A stretch of 64,000 bases of DNA from positions 12,945 to 76,944 of the forward strand of contig CAZUCC010000013.1 in the NCBI GenBank assembly GCA_964619065.1, read 5' to 3'. The notes beneath the pieces were generated by a model. The model had not been told where the DNA came from and did not search any database. It saw only the letters and a list, made by a program, of their open reading frames with translations. The DNA is from an uncultured Acidobacteriaceae bacterium (GTDB lineage: Bacteria; Acidobacteriota; Terriglobia; Terriglobales; Acidobacteriaceae). Positions 36,810-46,174 of the stretch are shown in pieces (position 1 is the stretch's first letter; each line of letters opens with the position of its first letter). The position numbers were made by a program, and so were the translations under genes.

Positions 36810-36905
36810 GGCTCCGCTTTACTAATTCTTCCGTGCCGTGAACAATGGAATTGCCGCTCGTGTCCATAGCGCGAGTGCAGGATTTACGAAAGGATTCTTC
36901 CAAGC

Positions 36906-37091
36906 ATGCAAACCACCGGTGAACTCATCCGCCTCATGAATTACGTCGACGACATTTCCACTACGTTGCGGCGTATTTACAGCGCCGTTCCGGCGCTAAC
37001 GCCCGATGACCGCAAGCGGCTGGCGGAATATTTCCGCAAATCCGATCCGAATATTGTGGGCGTGCTGGAAATGCTGGATCGCGGAGAGTAA
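36906..37091 (+). CDS. Hypothetical 61-aa helical protein
   Basis: Coding-like codon usage. Its stop lies 2 nt before the GTG of the next gene. No Shine-Dalgarno and no recognised family. Confidence 0.45.
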   Translation: MQTTGELIRLMNYVDDISTTLRRIYSAVPALTPDDRKRLAEYFRKSDPNIVGVLEMLDRGE

Positions 37092-37093
37092 AG

Positions 37094-37666
37094 GTGGCTC
37101 TGGACGCGACGGGTGTCCATACGATTGCCGTGATTGGCGCGGGAAGTGTGGGGCGCGGTATTGCCCATGCTACGGCGCTTGGCGGCTATCGGACGGTTCT
37201 TGAGGACATACTGCCAGGCACTCTCCGCAGCGCCCAGAGTGACATCCGTGCCCTTCTGGAGGGATCGGTGGCCCGCGCGGAAGTGAACCCTGCTGATGCC
37301 GAGGTTGCTCTAGGCCGGATCGAGTATGCGGGTTCGATTGAAGATGCCGTGCGACAGGCCGAGTTCGTCATTGAAGCCGTGCCTGACGAGATCGAGTCGA
37401 AGCTGGAAATTTTTACCCTGCTTGACCGCATGAGCCGTCCCAACACGATTCTGGCCTCCAGCACCTTTTCCCTGCGCATTACCGACATCACCGACGTAAC
37501 CCATTGCGCTCCCCGCTGTGTGGGCATGCGTTTTGTTCTACCTGTGCATGCCATGCGAAGTCTGGAGGTCGTCCGTGCCCTCGAGACCGATGAACCGACG
37601 CTGGCGGCCACGGTCGAAGTTGGCCGTCGATTAGGAAAAGAAGTCAAAATTGTGTTGGAATCCTAA
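37094..37666 (+). CDS. 3-hydroxyacyl-CoA dehydrogenase NAD-binding domain only; the C-terminal dimerisation/substrate domain is missing
   Basis: IAVIGAGSVGRGIAHATALGGY Rossmann motif, EAVPDEIESKLEIF, and GMRFVLPVHAMRSLEVV. It ends at ...KEVKIVLES, where full-length enzymes continue with GF..NR. Confidence 0.7.
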   Translation: MALDATGVHTIAVIGAGSVGRGIAHATALGGYRTVLEDILPGTLRSAQSDIRALLEGSVARAEVNPADAEVALGRIEYAGSIEDAVRQAEFVIEAVPDEIESKLEIFTLLDRMSRPNTILASSTFSLRITDITDVTHCAPRCVGMRFVLPVHAMRSLEVVRALETDEPTLAATVEVGRRLGKEVKIVLES

Positions 37667-37849
37667 GAATTGATCTTTTGCCGCTAACATGGGTGCTGGT
37701 TCCGACGTCTAAACTTCCTGGTGTCTGGGAACCTTTTGGAGCTGTCTGGCGTATCGTAGGAGTAGACGATCAGGCGGGAAACGAGACCTCCCGCCCAAAG
37801 CCAAACCTCTAAGCCGCTGCGCGCGGCGGCACGGAGGCGAATTGATTGC

Positions 37850-39097
37850 ATGCGAACTCTTCTCGAACTTGTCCGCCAATCCTTATCCACCTTGTGGGCC
37901 CATAAGCTACGCTCGTTTCTGACCATGTTTGGCATTGCCTGGGGTGTGGGCTCTCTCTTATTGCTGGTGGGACTGGGGGAAGGGTTTCGCAGCGGCCAGG
38001 CCCGCAATATGGCCAATCTGGGCCGTGACATCATGTTTACCTTTTCCGGGCGCATTCCAGGCGTTGAAGGCAGTTCCCTCAGCGGGCGTACCTATCACTT
38101 CACGTACGACGACTACGTTGCCATTCGCGACCAGGCGCACAATCTCCGCTGCATTTCCGCAGTGATCAATCGCGATGACATCCGGGCGGTCAGCGATTAC
38201 GGCTCCACTGCGGGTCAAGTTTTCGGCACCGCGCCGGCCTATAACCAGATCCGCAATGTGCCGGTGGGCGTGGGGCGCTGGTTCAATGACCAGGACAACG
38301 ACAATCGCCGACGAGTCGCCGTAGTGGGCTGGGAATTGGTGAAAAATATCTTTCCAGGGCGGCCCGCTGTGGGAGCCAGCATTCTGCTCAACGGTATCGA
38401 GTTCGAAATCATTGGTGTTCTGGATAAGATTGGGCGCGAGGGAAATAATGGCGCGAATGCGCGGATCTTCATACCTCTGGAAACCATGCGCGTGCTGTTT
38501 CCGCTCAAAGGAGATAATGCGGAAGACACTATTTCCTTCTTAAACTACCGGCCCATCACTCGCGACCAGCACCTCGAAGCGAAGAATGAAGTCCATGCGA
38601 TTATCGCGCGCAATCATGGATTTGATCCTAAATTGGAAGACGCTTTCGAAGACTGGGATACCATCGAGGGATCCAAGCGTGTCGCCAAGATCTTCGATGC
38701 TATGGACGGGTTCCTCGGTGTGGTGGGATTTGTCACGCTCGGTCTTGGGGCAATAGGGATTATCAACATCATGCTGGTATCGGTTTCCGAACGCACCCGT
38801 GAGATCGGTCTGCGCAAGGCGCTGGGTGCAACTTATCACAACATTCTTACGCAATTCTTTGTGGAGGGTGCATTCCTTACGCTGTTCAGCGGCGGGATTG
38901 GCATTGGCCTGGCAGCGGGGTTTATGGGGATCCTGGGCATGTTGCCCCAACCCGAAGGTTTTGACACGCCGCACATAGTGCTGGGCTCGGCTGCAGCCGC
39001 CATTTTTTCCTTGACGATTGCTGGCGTAGTGGCTGGCTTGTACCCAGCTCGCAAGGCTGCCTTACTGGAACCGGTGGAAGCGCTTCGCCAGGAATAG
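37850..39097 (+). CDS. ABC transporter permease, MacB/FtsX family (MacB_PCD + FtsX)
   Basis: N-terminal LWAHKLRSFLTMFGIAWGVGSLLL, a periplasmic domain of about 220 aa, and the C-terminal FtsX region (ERTREIGLRKALGAT). Confidence 0.88.
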   Translation: MRTLLELVRQSLSTLWAHKLRSFLTMFGIAWGVGSLLLLVGLGEGFRSGQARNMANLGRDIMFTFSGRIPGVEGSSLSGRTYHFTYDDYVAIRDQAHNLRCISAVINRDDIRAVSDYGSTAGQVFGTAPAYNQIRNVPVGVGRWFNDQDNDNRRRVAVVGWELVKNIFPGRPAVGASILLNGIEFEIIGVLDKIGREGNNGANARIFIPLETMRVLFPLKGDNAEDTISFLNYRPITRDQHLEAKNEVHAIIARNHGFDPKLEDAFEDWDTIEGSKRVAKIFDAMDGFLGVVGFVTLGLGAIGIINIMLVSVSERTREIGLRKALGATYHNILTQFFVEGAFLTLFSGGIGIGLAAGFMGILGMLPQPEGFDTPHIVLGSAAAAIFSLTIAGVVAGLYPARKAALLEPVEALRQE

Positions 39098-39134
39098 ATA
39101 GAATTGATGGAGGCGCACTGCGCCAGGAGCTTGC

Positions 39135-40373
39135 ATGTTTCGCGATCTTCTCGAACAATCCTACGCGGCGCTCAAACACAACCGGCGCCGTAGCCTGCTC
39201 ACCATGCTCGGCATGGCTTGGGGCATCGCTACTGTGGTGCTGCTGCTGGCGTATGGCGAAGGCTTCGAACGCGGACTTATGGTTGCCTTCCAGAGTTTTA
39301 GCGGCCAGCAGATCACAGTTTGGGCCGGACGAACCGAGATGCAGGCCGGTGGCACCAAAGCGGGCACTCCAATTCAGTTTACCCGCGAGGACCTTGACTA
39401 CCTGCGCAACGAGGTTCCTCTCCTCACGCGCATCTCGCCCGAGGTGTTCAAGCAGTGCCTCATTGCCTACGGAACCCGCAGTGGGAACTACGGCGTCTCC
39501 GGTGTCTATTCGGTGTTTTCCCGCATCCGCAGGATGGATATCAGCGAGGGTTCCTTCTTCGGTGAGCGGGAAGACTTTTCCCATAACCGCGTGGCCGTTC
39601 TGGGCTCGGACGTAAAAAAGCACTTGTTCTCCGGGCAGAACGCTATCGGCGAAACCGTGCGCCTGGACGGCGTATCCTTTCAAGTGGTCGGTGTGTTGAA
39701 GCGGGTCATTCAGGATGGCGACGACAACATGAACGGCAGGATCTACGTGCCTTACAGCAGCATGAGTGGCCTGCGCGACACCTACAACATCGATAGCGTC
39801 GTGATGGAATACGAGGGCGCCCACGCCAAAGTTGCGGAGGCGGTGCGAGGGTCCCTGGCCTTCCACCACAGTTTCAATCCCAAAGACAAGCGCGCCGTTT
39901 TCGTGATGGACGCGATCGAAGAGTTTAGCGAAATGCGAATCATCACAGTTGGACTCAAAGTTCTGCTCGGCTTCATTGGGCTGTTGACGCTGGGCATCGG
40001 CGGCGTCGGGCTGATGAACATCATGCTGGTGTCCGTAACCCAGCGCACCCGGGAGATCGGTGTGGAGAAAGCACTCGGCGCCAGGCGGCGTCATATCTTG
40101 TTCCAATTCCTAGCCGAAGCTCTAGCCATTACCTTTGTCGGAGGACTATTGGGCGTGGCCCTGGCTTACTTGGTGTCCTGGTCTGTAGGATCGCTCACGC
40201 TATGGAGCGCCTTCATTCCGGATGCGAGCGAAGGCGACATCCAGTTGAAGATTGACACCGCCACGCTGATTGTATCCACGGTCCTTCTGGTCTTCGTCGG
40301 CATCGCCAGCGGCATGTTCCCCGCGATCAAAGCCTCGCGTCTCGACCCAATTGAAGCACTCCGCTACGAATAG
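39135..40373 (+). CDS. ABC transporter permease, MacB/FtsX family (paralogue of the preceding gene)
   Basis: LKHNRRRSLLTMLGMAWGIATVVL ... QRTREIGVEKALGARR ... PAIKASRLDPIEALRYE. Confidence 0.88.
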   Translation: MFRDLLEQSYAALKHNRRRSLLTMLGMAWGIATVVLLLAYGEGFERGLMVAFQSFSGQQITVWAGRTEMQAGGTKAGTPIQFTREDLDYLRNEVPLLTRISPEVFKQCLIAYGTRSGNYGVSGVYSVFSRIRRMDISEGSFFGEREDFSHNRVAVLGSDVKKHLFSGQNAIGETVRLDGVSFQVVGVLKRVIQDGDDNMNGRIYVPYSSMSGLRDTYNIDSVVMEYEGAHAKVAEAVRGSLAFHHSFNPKDKRAVFVMDAIEEFSEMRIITVGLKVLLGFIGLLTLGIGGVGLMNIMLVSVTQRTREIGVEKALGARRRHILFQFLAEALAITFVGGLLGVALAYLVSWSVGSLTLWSAFIPDASEGDIQLKIDTATLIVSTVLLVFVGIASGMFPAIKASRLDPIEALRYE

Positions 40374-40575
40374 CCGCCGTGCCTCAAGCGAGGGATTACC
40401 CACTCTTACTAAGTTTTAAGTAATTCTGCTTATGCAAGCTTTGCCGAGTTGGCTGGTCGGCACTTTCCATTTTTAATGGTTCTGGTGCTTATTTCGAAAC
40501 AGGGATACAATCTGCGTAATTTTGCCACCTCGTTGTTTACCTCCGTCGAGTCAAGTCAAAATTTAGGAGAGAGTG

Positions 40576-42525
40576 ATGAGATCTTTTTTGAAGGTATCTC
40601 TGTTGCTTTGCATATTTTTCTTGACTCGGGCCTTGCTTGCCTGCGTCGTAACCATCACCCCGAGTTCACCTACTGTTCAATCAGGAGGCCAAGTGCAATT
40701 CCATGCCTCCATTACACCAGCTTCTTGTGGACAAGACGTGAGCTGGGCTTCGAACATAGGAAGTATAACGAGCGCCGGTCTGTTTACAGCACCGCTGGTC
40801 ACTCATCAAACCGGTGGACTCATAAGGGCAACAGAGAAAGTGGCACCGAACGCAATGGGTCAAACGTCGGTAACAGTCACACCCCCAACCTTGAGCTCAA
40901 TCACAGTCACACCAGCTTCCGCTTCTATCCTCGTGGGTAATACCCGGCAGTTTACCGCGACAGGAAATTACAGCGATGGAACAATGCAAAACTTAACCTC
41001 AACCGCAACGTGGAGCTCCACTTTGCCCAGTGTTGCGACAGTGAGTACTGGCCTTGCAACAGGAGTAGCAGCGGGAACTACCACGATCAAGGCAACCTTA
41101 GGGGTGAGTGGGAGTGCCTCGTTGACAGTGACGGCCCCGCCCGCGGCGATTCAGGCCAGTTTCTTTGCTCTGGATATCAATAAAAACAACAACGTTGGTA
41201 CAGGAGTGACCAACGATCCCTGGCCCTCCAATGGCGGTGGTGTGAACTTTGGCACGTTCAGGACACTCGGTAGCGCCATCAAATGGAGCGATATCGAGAC
41301 GTGCGATGGTGGCCCCAACCAGACGAACCCATGTTACACCTGGACACGGTTCGATCAATGGCGCGCTCAGTTGCAATCTGGTCAAGCCATGATGTTCACG
41401 GCCTTCTGGACTCCGGCTTGGGCTTCCGGCTTTGCGGCAGATACTTGCACGGGTATCTTCGTTCCTGGTGGTTGTGACTTGCCGAGCGATGTGACAACGA
41501 CAGACCAACACTGGAAGGATTTTCTGATCGCTTTGATCAACCATGTGGGCGTGGGAGGCCTGAAGTACCTTGAAGTTTGGAACGAGCCCAATATCACGAG
41601 TGAATGCAACCCCCCAAATAATCCAATGGACCTAGGCGGGACCTGCACGCCGGCTTCGCTGGTGCGCATGGTGCAGGACGCACAGTGCGTGATTAAAGGA
41701 ATCGGGACAGGATGCGCACCGGGTCTAGATCCCAGCGTCCAGATAATCAGTCCACCGCCGACAAGCGCACAGCCCGGTGGTACGACCATTGCGCCGTATC
41801 TTGGTACGTTATTAGCGGACAGGGTTGCCAACTACGCCGATATCATTGGTTTCCATGGTTACGTCAACCTGGGTTCCACGATTGCTTCCTCTACGGCCGC
41901 CGGAACGACCAACGTTGCATCACTGATCACCAGTGTGCAGACAACTGTGGCTCCCTATTCCACCACAAAGCCGATTTACGATACCGAAGGCAGTTGGAGT
42001 GGAAAGTATGAGGCACAGATCCAACCCTATCCCGATCAGCAGGCGGCCTTTGTAGGTATCTACTACCTGATCCAAGGGAGCAACGCGGATACTACCTGTT
42101 CGGGCACAGTCTGCAACCCTCTCGCTGGGTTCAGTTGGTACGGATGGGACTTCACCAACACGGGACAGTTCTGGGATCTCACTAATCAGGTGCGGACTCC
42201 CGGCGGTGTCGCGTATGTGAACGTGTACCAGTGGCTGCAGGGAGCGTCGCCAACGGCGCCATGCTCCGCGAGCGGTACGGTCTGGACGTGCAATTTCACG
42301 CGAACAGGCAATTACTATGCGCAGGCGGTGTGGGATACGAATCAAACATGTCCTCCCACCACGGGCAATTGCACCACCTCAATCTACACTTTGCCGCAAA
42401 CTCCGGCAGGAACCCCATATATTGAGTACAGGGACCTTTCGGGAAACATCATTTCACTCTCGGGAGCGACTACAGTCGCAATCGGATTGAAGCCAATCTT
42501 GTTGGATAACAATTCGGCGTACTAA
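40576..42525 (+). CDS. Secreted protein: two Big_2 (bacterial Ig-like) domains plus a clan GH-A glycoside-hydrolase-like TIM barrel
   Basis: Signal peptide MRSFLKVSLLLCIFFLTRALLA. Big_2 repeats (ITVTPASASILVGNTRQFTATGNYSDGT...ATWSS...VATVS..GLATGVAAGTTTIKA). YLEVWNEPN (acid/base motif) and IYDTEGSW (candidate nucleophile). AGGAGAG lies upstream of the ATG at 40576. Confidence 0.6.
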   Translation: MRSFLKVSLLLCIFFLTRALLACVVTITPSSPTVQSGGQVQFHASITPASCGQDVSWASNIGSITSAGLFTAPLVTHQTGGLIRATEKVAPNAMGQTSVTVTPPTLSSITVTPASASILVGNTRQFTATGNYSDGTMQNLTSTATWSSTLPSVATVSTGLATGVAAGTTTIKATLGVSGSASLTVTAPPAAIQASFFALDINKNNNVGTGVTNDPWPSNGGGVNFGTFRTLGSAIKWSDIETCDGGPNQTNPCYTWTRFDQWRAQLQSGQAMMFTAFWTPAWASGFAADTCTGIFVPGGCDLPSDVTTTDQHWKDFLIALINHVGVGGLKYLEVWNEPNITSECNPPNNPMDLGGTCTPASLVRMVQDAQCVIKGIGTGCAPGLDPSVQIISPPPTSAQPGGTTIAPYLGTLLADRVANYADIIGFHGYVNLGSTIASSTAAGTTNVASLITSVQTTVAPYSTTKPIYDTEGSWSGKYEAQIQPYPDQQAAFVGIYYLIQGSNADTTCSGTVCNPLAGFSWYGWDFTNTGQFWDLTNQVRTPGGVAYVNVYQWLQGASPTAPCSASGTVWTCNFTRTGNYYAQAVWDTNQTCPPTTGNCTTSIYTLPQTPAGTPYIEYRDLSGNIISLSGATTVAIGLKPILLDNNSAY

Positions 42526-42540
42526 GCGCTAATGACGAAT

Positions 42541-42575
42541 GCGGAGTCGCTTGCGGGCGGCTCCGCTCGTTTTCG
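42541..42575 (+). terminator. Hairpin plus T-rich tail between the convergent Big_2 gene and the M1-like gene
   Basis: gcggagtcgc-ttgcgg-gcggctccgc forms 10 bp (one G-U pair), followed by tcgttttcg. Confidence 0.55.
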
Positions 42576-42596
42576 TAAGATGGCTCGTGTCGACCG

Positions 42597-44771
42597 TCAG
42601 CTCGTCTTCGGCTTCTCGTAAGGCTGCTTCAAATACCTACGCGCCTCGTCCTGTGCTCCCTCGGTATTGTCGTTGGACTCCAGAGCGTGGCGGTATTCGT
42701 TGGTGGCGCGTTCCCTCTGTCCGGTTACATCGAAAATCTTTCCCAGTTGGACGTGGGCCCAGACTTCGGTCCAGCGCGGTTCGCCATCTCCGTTGATGGA
42801 TTCGCGGTACGCATTGGCGGCTGCCTGGTAGTTCCTTTGTTGAAAAAATACCTCGGCCACGCGGTAATGGGCGAGAGAGCTGTTCTTATTGGCGTCCAGT
42901 GCTTTCTGGAATTCCTTCAGCGCTTCCGTTAGTTCACCCGTCTGTACCAGCTGTTGACCGCGCAGAATCGCCGTGCGCAGACGCAGGTCGGGAGAATTTT
43001 TCAGAACATGATCGTCCGGATCAATCACAATCCGCCGTGGGCGCCCAAAAGTTTCCACAGTGAACGCCGAGTTTGTTCCGGCGACATTGATGGTTCGCTG
43101 CTCAGTCTTGCCGTCCGTGTCAATTCTTAGATCGACGGGCATGCGGAAGAGATCGAGATCCTGCGTGATTTCTCCGACCGTGCGAAAGCCTTTATTGCTG
43201 CCCAGACGGTACACGGTGTATTTGGTTTTGAATTCGGGCGCCCCGGTTGAATCGAGCCACTGTGAGAAGAACCAGACGAGCGACGATCCCTGGTGAGATT
43301 CCGCTTCTTTGCGGAAGTCGTCGCCGGTGGCGGATTGGGTCGCGTGTTTAAGGACGAACCCGCGCATAGTGTTGTCAAATTTCTCGTCGCCCATCACATA
43401 CCGGAGCATGTGCAGAATGGCCGCGCCTTTATCGGTAGACAGGGACTGGAACTCTGGCGAAAAGGGATCCAGCCGGCCAAGACTGGAAAGCGGGACGGTG
43501 TCATAGGCGAGGGATCCCACCGCCATGTCCTTGGAGACCTCGTCGTATCCCGTTTCACCGACGGCGTTCTCGACATAGCGAGCTTCCGAGAAGCGGGCGA
43601 ACCCGTCCATGATCCACCAGTCGTCGCGCGTCGCGGGGCTGACAATCGTGCCCCACCATTGGCGGGCGATGGTGTTGGCGAGCAGCCGGTAGTTGGTTTT
43701 CTGCTGGATAGCCCGGCTGGAAATGGCCGCGATTTCTGGAGCCCAAGCGGAGGGTACCGTGTCGTCAGGCAATTCGACCAGATTGAGGTTCGAGGAAAGC
43801 CCCGGGCTGTAGAGACCGGTGAAGTAGATGAATTCTTTTGCCGCGGTTTCCCCATAAGCATTGGCGAATACCTGCTTCGCGGGCTTGAAGTAGACCCTGA
43901 CGTTAGCGCCCGCGCCAGCCGGCTTGGACTCGGTGAAGATGCCCGCGATGATCGTGCCGGGGAAGCTCGGCTTATTCCAGGTGAAGGTCCAGGTTTTTCG
44001 TGGGAGAATCTGCCCGGCAGCGGGCGGGAGCGGTGTGCTCGTCGCGCTCTCGGGTACGAATTTGCTGCTTGGCGCAGTTTTTCCCTTCGCGGCATTCGAA
44101 GTTGGTTTCTTTTTCCGCGCCAGCACTGGAACATCGGACTTGGCTGGCTCCGGCTTTTCAGCGACCGCCAACACCGGCGTTGTGCTGCCGAAATTTGTGA
44201 CGGTCGGCGCGCCGCTGCCAATGACCGTCATGTGGGCAGGCAGCGTAATTCGTATGGTTGCCGTGAAGCGATTGATGCCGTAGTTGCTGATCGGAAACCA
44301 GCGTCCGGCGTAGAGCAAGTAGGAAGTGTCATCGCCAATGTAGGCAAGTTTCACTCCGGGCACAGGGCTGTCATCCGCCGTTTCAAGCGTGCCTTCGTAC
44401 TCAAAATTCAGTGTGGTGGTGGCGTTCTTGGCAAGACCCGTGGGGAGCGAAACGCGAATGGCATTGTCCTGCGAGATGCGCTCGACCTGCAACGTTTTGC
44501 CGGCTTCGTCCGTGACCTTGGTAGGCCGCAAGGCATTGTGTAACTCGAAGGTGGCGGCGCTCAAGTCATCGATTGCCGTAAACCGGACCTTGGCTTTAGC
44601 GGTGAGCTTGTGAACACGGGGATTGATCTCCGCGTCGATATCGTAGTTGTCCACGCGCAGGCGAGCTTTTTCAGCCGCCAAGACTGGGAAAATGAAAAAA
44701 TTGGCAGCAAAAATCGCCATCAAAGCGAAAAAGCTAACGAGGGCCTGGCGGCTCGGTCGGGCATGGAACAT
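42597..44771 (-). CDS. M1-peptidase-fold protein with a degenerate active site, plus C-terminal TPR repeats
   Basis: The ATG at 44771 gives MFHARPSRQALVSFFALMAIFAANFFIFPVLAA (signal/anchor). M1 architecture is recognisable, but the HEXXH position reads NTIAR (43662-43676) and WLNEGFA reads WIMDGFA. C-terminal TPR (AHYRVAEVFFQQRNYQAAANAYRE). Confidence 0.8.
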   Translation of the reverse strand: MFHARPSRQALVSFFALMAIFAANFFIFPVLAAEKARLRVDNYDIDAEINPRVHKLTAKAKVRFTAIDDLSAATFELHNALRPTKVTDEAGKTLQVERISQDNAIRVSLPTGLAKNATTTLNFEYEGTLETADDSPVPGVKLAYIGDDTSYLLYAGRWFPISNYGINRFTATIRITLPAHMTVIGSGAPTVTNFGSTTPVLAVAEKPEPAKSDVPVLARKKKPTSNAAKGKTAPSSKFVPESATSTPLPPAAGQILPRKTWTFTWNKPSFPGTIIAGIFTESKPAGAGANVRVYFKPAKQVFANAYGETAAKEFIYFTGLYSPGLSSNLNLVELPDDTVPSAWAPEIAAISSRAIQQKTNYRLLANTIARQWWGTIVSPATRDDWWIMDGFARFSEARYVENAVGETGYDEVSKDMAVGSLAYDTVPLSSLGRLDPFSPEFQSLSTDKGAAILHMLRYVMGDEKFDNTMRGFVLKHATQSATGDDFRKEAESHQGSSLVWFFSQWLDSTGAPEFKTKYTVYRLGSNKGFRTVGEITQDLDLFRMPVDLRIDTDGKTEQRTINVAGTNSAFTVETFGRPRRIVIDPDDHVLKNSPDLRLRTAILRGQQLVQTGELTEALKEFQKALDANKNSSLAHYRVAEVFFQQRNYQAAANAYRESINGDGEPRWTEVWAHVQLGKIFDVTGQRERATNEYRHALESNDNTEGAQDEARRYLKQPYEKPKTS

Positions 44772-44875
44772 GCGGTAAGGTTCTCCTGGCAAACTGCCTA
44801 ATAAAGTCTGATGAAGATTGTGGCGCAAAAGATGCGTCGACACAAGGAAAGTAAGGAAAGGCCCCAAAAACCGGT

Positions 44876-46150
44876 CTAAAGCGAGGGGGATGCCAGCATT
44901 GCATGGATAATTCCTGCTGCGCGTTCTGGAGCTGGGGCAGCACCGTCCGGGCCTTGCAAGAGCGTTCGGACGCGGGCCAGACCGGAAAGCATGGCCTCCC
45001 GCGGAGGGCCGTCGGGAAGGATTTGCCGCAAGTGGCGGACGATGTTCTCCGCCGTGAAATCGTCTTGCACCAGCTCGGGGACGACTTTCTCTCCAGCAAT
45101 AAGGTTGACCATGGCGAAGTAGGGAACTTTAACCCGCGAACGGCCGAGCGCATAAGTGATGGGCGAAACCCGGTAGACCATGACGAACGGTGTATTCATC
45201 AGCGCCGCTTCGACGGTGGCGGTGCCGCTGGCGACAATAGCGGCGCGGGCGAGATGCAAAGCGGGGAGAGATTCGGGAACGAGATGGATTTTGGGTTTAA
45301 GGGAAGCCCCTGCGATGCGCTCGCGTAGAAATACCTCGTCGAGTGTGGGCGCAACGGGAAGCAAGAACTCGTACTCTGGACCGAGTTGCACGGCCGCGTC
45401 GAGAATGGCGGGCAGGTTCATCGTGACTTCTTTGCGACGGCTGCCGGGCATGAGCGCGATCCAGGGTTTTGAGGAATCGATCTGATACTGCCGGGCGAAG
45501 TCGTCACGGGTCACCGTGGGCAGGGGAAGGCCGGCGAGCGGATGCCCGACGAACGTTGCATCCACACCACGGTCGCGAAAGAATTGTTCTTCAAACGGAA
45601 ATATCGCCAGCGCTTTGGTGACGTTGTCGCGCAGAAGACGGACGCGTCCCTGACGCCAAGCCCAAAATTGCGGGCAAACGTAATAAACAACGAGAATGCC
45701 ACGCTTCCGCATTTCACGGGCGACGCGCCAATTAAACGCAGGAGCGTCGATGACGATGGCGAGGTCGGGGCGGTGGCGGTCAGCTTCCGCGATGAGCTTG
45801 CGAAAGAGACTGTAGATCTTCGGCAGATGGCTCAGGATTTCCGTGATGCCCACCACAGCGAGGTCTTTGGAATCCACCACCGTGTCGCACCCGGCGGCGC
45901 GCATGCGATCTCCGCCCGCGCCGAAGAATTCCATGCCGGACTTTGGTGCCTCAGGATGGCGGCACAGGGCTTCCATGAGCTGCGCGCCATACATTTCGCC
46001 GGAGGCTTCCCCAGCGGAGATGAGAATTCGCACTTGAGCATTGTAAAGGGAAGAGACTGACGCTGGCTTTTTGACCGGATCCGTGAACCTGTGGGCTCGC
46101 GGCGAAGGCTCCCGCATCAAAGAGTCAACCCGATCCGCCTGTTCTTTCAC
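44876..46150 (-). CDS. lpxB: Lipid-A-disaccharide synthase
   Basis: RILISAGEASGEMYGAQLM is the typical LpxB N-terminus, and the protein shows GT19 family similarity throughout. Start uncertain: GTG at 46150 (longest), ATG at 46117, or GTG at 46033, which gives the canonical 385-aa length. Confidence 0.88.
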   Translation of the reverse strand: MKEQADRVDSLMREPSPRAHRFTDPVKKPASVSSLYNAQVRILISAGEASGEMYGAQLMEALCRHPEAPKSGMEFFGAGGDRMRAAGCDTVVDSKDLAVVGITEILSHLPKIYSLFRKLIAEADRHRPDLAIVIDAPAFNWRVAREMRKRGILVVYYVCPQFWAWRQGRVRLLRDNVTKALAIFPFEEQFFRDRGVDATFVGHPLAGLPLPTVTRDDFARQYQIDSSKPWIALMPGSRRKEVTMNLPAILDAAVQLGPEYEFLLPVAPTLDEVFLRERIAGASLKPKIHLVPESLPALHLARAAIVASGTATVEAALMNTPFVMVYRVSPITYALGRSRVKVPYFAMVNLIAGEKVVPELVQDDFTAENIVRHLRQILPDGPPREAMLSGLARVRTLLQGPDGAAPAPERAAGIIHAMLASPSL

Positions 46151-46174
46151 AGGGATAGAAGCTTAGAGAATGCA

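Noticed and set aside
38922-40106. 394-aa ORF on the - strand
   Set aside because: It is antisense to the second MacB/FtsX permease and spans the inter-permease gap. Its composition is His/Gly/Ala-rich and non-protein-like.
40449-40940. 163-aa ORF overlapping the 5' end of the Big_2 gene in another frame
   Set aside because: The overlapping frame encodes a signal peptide and Big_2 domains and has an AGGAGAG Shine-Dalgarno. This ORF has neither.
43293-44543. 416-aa ORF on the + strand
   Set aside because: It is antisense to the M1-like gene and has a Gly/Arg-rich translation.
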